Shown here: positions 54,954 through 64,000 of the stretch, one piece after another
How positions within the stretch are numbered: the first letter of the stretch is position 1
Layout: every line of letters begins with the position of its first letter
NCBI GenBank assembly: GCA_013265495.1
Contig: MU057744.1
Location: forward strand, 1,254,356-1,318,355
Source: Vicugna vicugna
Lineage: Eukaryota
Direction: 5' to 3'
DNA: 64,000 nucleotides
Translations under genes and position numbers: made by a program
Notes under the pieces: generated by a model
What the model saw: only the letters and a program-made list of their open reading frames with translations
Told to the model about the DNA's origin: nothing
The model's database searches: none

Positions 54954-56203
54954 AAATGCATGCCTCCATTAGAATCTCATGTGAAAGGAAAAGATGGTAA
55001 GCAGCAAGCACCTTGAGGTCTAGAGAAGTGTCTTCACCTGGCCTGGCCCAGTCACTGCTTAACCCGTGTTGCTGAGTGAGCACGTGAAGGAAGTGCATGA
55101 GACAAGGGCATAGTGAAGGGCGTGTTCAGGTCCCTGCACTTTTGTGGCCTATAGGAGGATTGGAGTTCAGTGGAATAGAGCACAGTTTAAGACTGTTTGT
55201 GTTTGGGTTTTTTCCACTAGATTGACTTGTGGTCAGATTTTGACCCAGTCATCTCACTGTTCTGCCTCTGTTTTCATGTGCATATGTTCACTCTGCTGAA
55301 TTACCTGATGTGTCACTGCTGTTGTTGACGTCTGTGATAGACTCTATTAAGGGTCTGTATAGTTTTATAAACATCTTTTAAGTAATATCTGAAGGCTGTC
55401 AGTTGTTGAAGATAGCTTACCTTTGGATCTCTTTTTAAGATTATCTCCCTTATAAAAAGAGTTGTTTTAAAAATATCTCTGTGTGTGTGTGTGGATCTAC
55501 CTGTCTCTCTCTACATATGTTTGGTGCTTTCACTTTGACACTGACATTCACATACTAATTTGGGAGGTGTTCGTACTGGTCCTGATAAATTTAATGGAGT
55601 GTCCAGATTTTTCCAAGTAGATCAAAGACATAATTCATTAAAGCTGATAAAGTTAAGAAACTATAAATAATTAAAACAAATTTTTAGGAGCAATTATTTT
55701 GAAGTTTTAGTGATGTATTACTCTGTACGCTCCCTTCTATGTGTGTGCACTTGAGAAAAACAGACCTAAAGGGTTTAATTTCCTTCACCCTTGACCCTCC
55801 TTTCCTGTTTGCTTTTCCTTCCCAATGATTAGGCCTTTTTTTATTTTAAGCTCATGAGTGAGGAGGGAGAACCTAGTTCACGTGTGGATTTGGTGCAGTA
55901 AAGGACACCGCAGGTTTGGAAGGGAGGGAGAGAGTCGCTGTTTGCACTGTGCGGGCCGTCCCGTCTGGGCTCACGTCCGAGCTCAGATGCCGGTGCAGTC
56001 AGTGCGCAGCAGACTGGGCCAATACAGAGACACTGAAGATTGTAGATTCGTTTTCTGCATTACTGAGAAAACTAAAGAGCGTAATTGCTGCTTCACATTT
56101 GGAACTTGGTGTATAATTATGTTAAATAGACTTAATTTCATAGCTGGAAATTAGTTTATTTTATTCTGAATTAATGGATATAGTGTTTTCTCTTTTGACT
56201 CAG

Positions 56204-56283
56204 AGAAATTGCTGAAGCTGTGAAAAACTGTAAGCCTAGAGTTCTACCTGCCACTGTTTTCGAAGGGCATATGCTACTGTCTG
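56204..56283 (+). CDS. MTR: methionine synthase exon 12
   Basis: 80 nt; [26 protein letters not shown]|gtaag. Confidence 0.95.
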
Positions 56284-58857
56284 GTAAGTTGTAAAGATAT
56301 GAGGTTTATGATTTCAGAAATCATTGGAGATTAAGTTAGTATGTTTAAGTTGTAGTGATGTTTGTGCCAAGGAACTTTTTTATTAGGCCAGAGGATAGTA
56401 CTTGTATTTTTTGCCACTTGAATAAATTCTAGTAAAGAACCCTTTGTTTTTTTAAGGGTGAGAGCGGGAAGACATTGACTTCAGGGAAATGGAAATGAAG
56501 GCACAGATAGTGCCAATTAGAATGATTGTGCACTGCTTTGAAAATACACCTAGGTCACCACAGCCTAACAATTCAAATTGTCATATTGGCTGCTGGTCCC
56601 TGAGAAGTCCACACTGCCCAGTTTCAGTGTTTTGTAATGATGGCAGCTTCTTCCTGGAAAATTTTGTTTCCTTCTGAAACACCATAGTCATGCTTTTACA
56701 TTGACCATGTGTTCAGGACTTGACAAAGAATCGTGGCGTTTGTCATTCTGTCTTGTTCTCAACAGCCCTTTGGGGTAGGCATCGCTCCTTTTTCAGGATG
56801 AGTTTTTGTGTTCAAATAAAGAACATTGGTAAAATAGTTCATCATGCCAACTGTTAGAAAAATAACTTTAAATTTTATATTTTTCCCACAATACTTTAAT
56901 GACGTAGTTTTAACTAGTATCTCTAAGCAAAAAAAATGTATAAACAGATTCTTAGGAAACCTGCAAATAAATAGCACGCGAGGAATTATGCACTCTAACA
57001 ACTGAGAATTTAACACTTCTCTAAACTGATACCTTTGTTCCACGTGTTCTTCTAAGGAAAGTGAAACGAAGTACGAGTGACGGTGAAAGTGATACTCACC
57101 GTTCTTGCTCAGAACATGTTGCATAGAGTTAATCCCAGTGAGTGAAGACGAAGTCGGGTTAGAAATACGCCTCTTCAGGCTGCCCTTTCTTTCCTTTTAT
57201 ACTCCAGAAGACAGGACAAACTAGAGGAGAAGGGATTTATGATTTATGACACACCCCTTGCCTCGAAAAAGTGGCTTGTCAGAGAGGATAGTTTATTTCA
57301 TCCTTAGATCTTACAGCTATTAATTGAGCTCAGTCAAGGACTAAGTTAAAATTGTCAACATTTGCCAAAATTGAAACAGGAAAGAACCATTTAGTTATAA
57401 TTTTTAAAAAGAATTGTAGGAATGAAAGAATATTTCTGATTTGAATTTCTTGTGCTATTTCTAAATTGTTTTTAAAATCACCTGCAATTAGATTTTAGGA
57501 ATGATCAAACACTCTTTATAATTGTTCTTTTATAAATTGCAGACTTGAGAAAAATTTGGTTTTTATAACAGATACTTCACATTCGTAATAGATCAGAAGT
57601 GCTTTGTGTGAAATGCTTCTAGGGCAATGACACAGGGTCTCTCAGCATGTAAATGTTGGTTTCCCTGCCTGTCTGACTCGGGATCAGGGGTGCCCTGAGG
57701 CCAGTGTGGAGGGTGAGGCTGTGAGGATGTTACCAGTGGGAAAGGAGACCAGGAGCCAAAACCGGGAGCTGACAGTCTCCCCGGTCAGGGAACAGACGAC
57801 CTGGAATAGCTGTGTTGTTACCTGTCTTGTGTTTATTATTTTTCTCTTCCTCAGAGCTGTTTCCTCCCCAGCCAGTTCTTTGGCAAAGGACTCAACAGCC
57901 TCTTTTATTAACAAGAGCAGCTGTGATTTGTGATTGCTGGCACTAATTTTATGCTCATCAGTGTAGTCTCACTTTACAGCAGTATTGTGAGGCAGCTACT
58001 TTACGGACTGTCCTCTGTAAGTTCAGAGGCTCTGAGGGAGGTCTCCTGGGTTGTTTGCTGAGATGGCTGCGCAGGGCTTGGAACCCTGGGCTGCTGTCCC
58101 CAGAGCCTGCCTGTAACCGTCGAGCAGGACTCCTGCGTCGTAACACTGGAAACACAACGAGTAACACAAAAGCGGTAGAAGGCCTTTTCCTGCAGTGCTA
58201 CTTTGTGCTGCAGGTTGCTTTTTCCCTTGCTGTAGTGGACCCACGTTAATTCATCTGGTATTTGCCCCTGAAGTGGCCTGTAATGGGGAGGTGTTGTGGC
58301 CCTTTGGCCAACAAGGGGAGAGAAGCAGAGAGCCCAGGTGGCCTGCTTGGGGCCGGCTGTCCGCCAGGGCTCCGCCCGCACCCCTCTCCCTTTGCCCGTG
58401 CTGGGTACCGGTGGTTGGCCTCTAGATCCACACACACTGTTGGTAGGATTAAGAATGCTTGCTCCCTCTGGCTTCAAGCCCATGTCTGCATGAACAGCTG
58501 CGAAACAGTCCTTTCTCACTTCATGGCTTTTGTCTCAGACTCTGGGTTAAATAAGATATGATGATAGTTTTTGCTTGTTTCTCAGAGCTGTGTGATTCAG
58601 CTTTTTAGAGAAAATCGCAGTTTAAAACCCTGAAATATCTCTTCTTTTGAGAGTTCTGGTTATAAACATACAGTCTTTGTTGTGTTTAAGTATCCCTGGG
58701 GGGAAGGCCACGGTCCTAGTTCCACATTGGATCTCCTGTCTAGTCAGACATGCAGTGGCACAGAAAGTTCTTTTGTTTCTCATGAAAACATTTGTTTTTC
58801 TGTCTCATATTGTCATATGCATTTTCAGAAAGTTTTCAGAATGCTTCTCCTTTTAAG

Positions 58858-58970
58858 GTCTGGAGCCCTTCAGGATTGGACCGTACACCAACTTTGTTAA
58901 CATTGGAGAGCGCTGTAACGTTGCAGGATCCAAGAAGTTTGCTAAACTCATCATGGCAGGAGATTATGAA
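58858..58970 (+). CDS. MTR: methionine synthase exon 13 (start of folate/pterin-binding domain)
   Basis: 113 nt; (G)[37 protein letters not shown]|gtgag. Confidence 0.96.
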
Positions 58971-61900
58971 GTGAGCATCTTAATGAAACCCTTGAGGCAT
59001 CTGCCATGTTTTTGGCTAAGACAGCATGCGAATGAAACAGCCCTGCCTTTTATGGTTATTAGCAGAGCTGCTGGGAAGTGGGAGAGGAACGGGGAAGTGT
59101 GTCTGCAGCAGGCTGGGCTGGTGGGAGGATGAGGCTTCAGAAAATCCGAGCTGCTGCTGTCAATATTTGTCAGAAAGTACTGCCCTCGGGGTTTGAAGTG
59201 GGATGAGATTGGAGGGATACTGGTTCTAGCTGTTCCTACTAATTGTGAAGTAAATTGAAAAATTTGAAGGTTCTCTTCATTTTTGCTTCTCACAAATCTT
59301 TCTAGGGAAAGGGAAAGCCAAGAAAATTCCCACTCATTTCCTCATGACCACTTCAAACACGGACAGTGTTGTACTGTTGATTCTGTTAACTATGAACTAA
59401 AATAAAAAAGCCAACACAAAAGAATGGGCCCGGCCTTGGAAAGTTTGCAGGATGGCTTAGCCATAGTGCTCTTCAGCTCAGTCACTCTGGATGAGCAGAG
59501 TTTAATACAGGTAGAGCCTACCCTGAACACCTGGACAGCATTTTTCTCTCTTATGCAAATACGAAGTTAAAAATGGACGGATTTGGTTTGGGCTTTGGTG
59601 ATTTTTATTTTTCAATCCAACTTCTCTCGTTGTAAGGTTTTGCAGCCTTTAGGAAGTAGACCTTCCTACAACCAGTCTCAAAGTGGACTTAGTTTGAATC
59701 AAAAGGAAAAGGCACCTTTATCATCCTTTGTGGACTTGTTAATGACTGCTCCACGGCACCCTGCCAAGGTGTCCCTCTGCGGACACCTCAGTAGGGCCTG
59801 GCTACCTGGTTACCTGGCCGACAGTCCACTTCCCTTTGTTCCTGCTAGTGCTCAGCCAGCATGCGCTTCTGCCGTGGCCTCCCCAGTTGAGAAGCTTTTA
59901 CAGGGTGGCTTTGTTTGCATATAGGATAAAACCCGAACTCCTGAGGACATCATCCAGTCCTCTCCACTTGGGCACCAAACCTCCTTCCATTCTGATCTGG
60001 CATCTGAACGCTCCAGGAAGTTTGCTTCTGCCTCGGCCTTTGTCCATGTTTGTTCCCTTCTGAAATCCTTATGACCCTTCGTGGTATAGTGTTCTTCAGC
60101 TGGCGATGATTCTGTTTACAGTTTGATTCTTACGACCGTTCTGTGCTTTCAGCTCTCAGATTTGATAGATTTGATGCTGAGAACAGGTGGCGTTTTAGGA
60201 AGAAGACAAGTGGGAGTGATAGCTCTCATTTAACAAGGTCTGATTACATACATGCCAGTCGCTGTGCTTAGCACTCCGTGGCACTCCTCATGTAGTCTTC
60301 ACAGGCCTTTGAGGTAGGCCCTGTTGTTCTCTCCATTTTACACTTGTGTTATTGGGGGTTTGGGGAGGTTAAACACCTCTCCTTTTGTTTCGCAGCAAGT
60401 GAATGATAGACCCCAAGTCCACCAAAGCCACGCCCTTACCCACTCTGCTGTCTCTGCCTGGAGGACAGTGGGGGAGGAGGCAGTGAAGCCGGAAGGGGTT
60501 CTGTAGGAATGCCTCCTCACTGGACTCTAGTTTCCCCTGCGTTAGTGACCCCTTACGGCTCCGTGGTTAATAAGATGAGCACTGACCTGAAAGAAATTCC
60601 GCTGCTGTCTTTTTGCTTAACTTGTACATCTTGAAACAGATCACTTCATTTCTTTGAGCCTGTTTGGGAATGTTGGCCCACCAAGCAATTAATCTTTGGC
60701 TCTTACAGTTTAGAAAAGTCAGGTATTAGCATCTCTGTAAACCCTTTAAGAGCAAGAACTGTGACTTACACTTGTTTTTTTTCTTATACACATTGCTGAT
60801 ACCAAAAACATTTTTTTGATTTGTAGAATTTTATTTTGATCCTTTTTCTCTGTGTACCTTGGGTCACTACGAATGGTCTTTCCTTGTGACTTGTGCCAGA
60901 AGGTTTCATGCCTGTTCTGTCACAATGATGGCTAAACATTTCTGTGGTTTCCTTGGCTAAGAAAAAATTAGGACAATATCAGAATCTACTGTTGATTTTA
61001 TCCTTGCTTATTTTTTTCCACTATGAAGTGTACAATGAAGACTTAAACAAAATAAAGTCGCAGTTGTCCCAGTCAGCTAGAAAGTGTTACCGGACACGTT
61101 TGTCTTGTCCAGCACTATTCAGAGGAAAGCGGGAGACACATGAGACCTTTCTAGATTTCTAAATGCTTGAAATCTGTTTCAGAGACAAGCTAGTAGTCAT
61201 GAAATCATGAGGAAATAAGGTAGTACACTATGTGGGAACGTTTATAATTGTTATGGAAGTTTAGAGATAGTAGATCATTGTGGAGTAGACAGTGTTTCTC
61301 AAAGTATGCTCTCTGGAACACTGATCTTACAAGATATTCTTTAAATGATTGAAAGTGGGAAATGTATTTTGCACTTGGAGATTTACAGCACATAATAGTG
61401 TTAAAAAGGATTTGAAAATCCTTTTAGCATAAAAAAGTTTATTTAACTCATATTTCATGTAACTTCTGTCAATAGTGTGCAATGAATACTTTGCATATTT
61501 CAGTAGATGCTGAAGAGTGATACACGTTTTGGATGGTTTCTATAAGGACTTTTCTTGGAGGAGATGGGACTTGAGCTGGGTCTTAAAACAGTATAGGAGG
61601 GAAGGGGGTTGAATTCCTAGCGGAGGGAACAGCATGATCGATGCCACAAGTAGAATCGGATTTGACTGGGAGACAGTGCCAGTGAGGAAGGAGTACCTAC
61701 AGCTCAGTTACATAGGAAGGCAGGGTGGGTCCCAGGGGGCCTGGAACTCCAGGCGATGCACTGAGGTTCTTCTCTTGAGGAATCAGAGCCTCGGTGGATT
61801 GTGACACCCTGTGATGGAAGAGATGTTAACGAGAGCTTAATCTGTGACTGTTGAGAGTAGGCTCATGGTCGGGGAGGCTGCCTAGTTAGTCCAGTGGTAA

Positions 61901-61971
61901 AGGACTACTTTTGTTAGCCTTCCCTGAGTCACCCTCTCCTAATGCTGGTTTCTGTTGAATTCTTTCCTCAG

Positions 61972-62112
61972 GAAGCACTAAGTGTTGCCAGAATGCAGGT
62001 GGAAATGGGAGCGCAGGTGCTGGACATCAACATGGACGATGGCATGCTTGATGGTCCAAGCGCAATGACCAGATTCTGCAACTTCCTTGCTTCTGAGCCT
62101 GACATTGCCAAG
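61972..62112 (+). CDS. MTR: methionine synthase exon 14
   Basis: 141 nt; [47 protein letters not shown]|gtcgt. Confidence 0.96.
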
Positions 62113-63219
62113 GTCGTACCGACTCTTACTCGTCAGGGGAATTAGCGTGTGTTGCTCTGTCACTCTTTTAACTTTGTCAGTTTCCCCTTCCTGTGTCATC
62201 TCAGACAGCGGTTTTCTGATTTTCTGTCTTGAAAACCCAGTGGTTTCTGATCGTCAGTTTTCTCACTTCATGATAGCCTTCCTATACCAACCAGACTTCA
62301 GAGAGAGATGTGACTTCAGCCTGGCTGTTTCCAAGGTTTCTGGAATTGGTCACAAGAATTGGTTGAGTTTCCTCAGATGTCTGGATAGGCTAAGAACCAA
62401 CTTTTCGTGCCTTTGAAGGATATACTTACCTGTTCCTAACAGAGACGAAGGAACTCAGTTCTTCCTTTTTGCAGGAAGAAGAGACCTTTTCAGGCTTATC
62501 AGAGTAAGACAAAATTATAAAACGAGATTAAAGTATTGTGCCATCTTCTACATTTGTTTTTTAAAAGGTGAAAGTTAATTTTTGTGTCAGTCTTTTCAAA
62601 AATTTTAGATGGATTCTGAAAACTTTAAAAATCTAACTTCATTTCTCTATCATTGAGTTTGCGATAAGTGATTTTTGAAGTTTTGGGGTATTTTTTAAAA
62701 GAAACTTCCTAGTGCTTTAAGAGATAGGGCTGTCATTTATTCATTATAATTTATTCTAACTTACACATTATTCAACAAATGTGCTAAGTTAGAAGTCTTG
62801 TGGTAAGCAGTGAATTCCATTAACCCATCCTTCATTTGTGTCTCAACTCCTTACTAAAAAGCCTCATTACTCCTCTGGGAGTAAATATTTTGAGAATTTG
62901 AGGTGCAGAGAAGGTAAATGACTTGTTGAAAGTCAGTCAGAATCAGGGGGAGCCAGTGAAATGACTTTAGTGGTTTCATTTTGCTGCTTAGCTATGACCT
63001 TTTGAGTTACCCATTTCTGGCCCACGCGTGTGGTCTCTTGTGAGACAGGAGTTATGCCAAGTCTTTTGGGCTTTAAGAATAAGATTAAAATCCTGCCTTT
63101 GTTATACTACTGGTATTTGTTAATTATTTCCCTACAGAAGAAGGAAGGAATATCTGGGAGCCGTTGGAAGGGAATCTGTGCTGACGTGTCATCTTTCTGT
63201 GATTTTCTTGCCCTTCTGA

Positions 63220-63426
<207 letters not shown>

Positions 63427-63526
63427 TGATCTGGCCCCATTGTGTTACACAGGCTTAAAGCAGTGCAAGAGAACTGAGTCCTGAACAGATCTGTACATCA
63501 TGTGTATGTGTATACGTGTGCGCACA

Positions 63527-63955
63527 CACGTGCATGCCTCAGAGAGATTGCGGGTTGGGTTCCAGGCCACCATAATAAAGCAAATACTGCAATGAAGTGA
63601 ATGTTTACGCTATGCTGTAGTCTGTTAAGTGTGTAATAGCACTGTCTAGGAAGACGACATATCTTAATTAAGAATACTTTATTGCTAAAAAATGTTAACC
63701 ACCATCTGAGCCTTCAGTGAGTGATAGCAGCAGCATCGAAGATCACTGATCACAGATCCCCATGAGAAGTAGAAAAATAGTGGACAATTCTGCATTATTG
63801 AAAAAATTACCAGAATGAGACACAGAGACATGAAGTGAGCAAATGCCATTGGAAAAATGGTGTCAATAGAGTTGCTCAACACAGGGTTGCCCCAGACCTT
63901 AGATTTGTAAAAAATCCAGTATCTGTGAAGTGCAGTGAAGTGAGGGGTTTCTGTA
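63527..63955 (-). mobile_element. Tigger1 internal-deletion derivative (TcMar-Tigger MITE)
   Basis: gcatgcctcagagagattgcgggttgggttccaggccaccataataaagc at one end and agggttgccccagaccttagatttgtaaaaaatccagtatctgtgaag at the other match the two Tigger1 termini as recalled. Confidence 0.82.
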
Positions 63956-64000
63956 GATCTGTGTGTGTGTCCACACAAGTGCATATACATACATGAGCAC

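Overview
Mammalian genomic DNA, very probably a camelid (alpaca/llama/camel), judged from several tRNA-Ala-derived SINEs of the camelid Vic-1 type. The window holds the conserved ACTN2-MTR junction, both genes on the + strand. It contains the last six coding exons (16-21) and 3' UTR of ACTN2 (alpha-actinin-2) at 21 to about 9.1 kb, then a repeat-dominated intergenic spacer of about 25 kb. The CpG-island promoter and exons 1-15 (codons 1-505) of MTR (cobalamin-dependent methionine synthase) run from 35.3 kb to the end. All exons have GT-AG boundaries and splice into intact frames. The spacer carries a near full-length LINE-1 lacking its RT domain, an old L1MB nested in an older L1/HAL1 ORF1 relic, a Y3 RNA retrocopy, a solo ERV LTR and MaLR LTRs. 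I found no convincing new multi-gene system. The best leads are the RT-deleted L1, the tailless Y3 retrocopy, a possible hydrophobic read-through tail of ACTN2 and the uAUG-free MTR leader. Repeat subfamily names and human reference comparisons are from memory, not from database searches.
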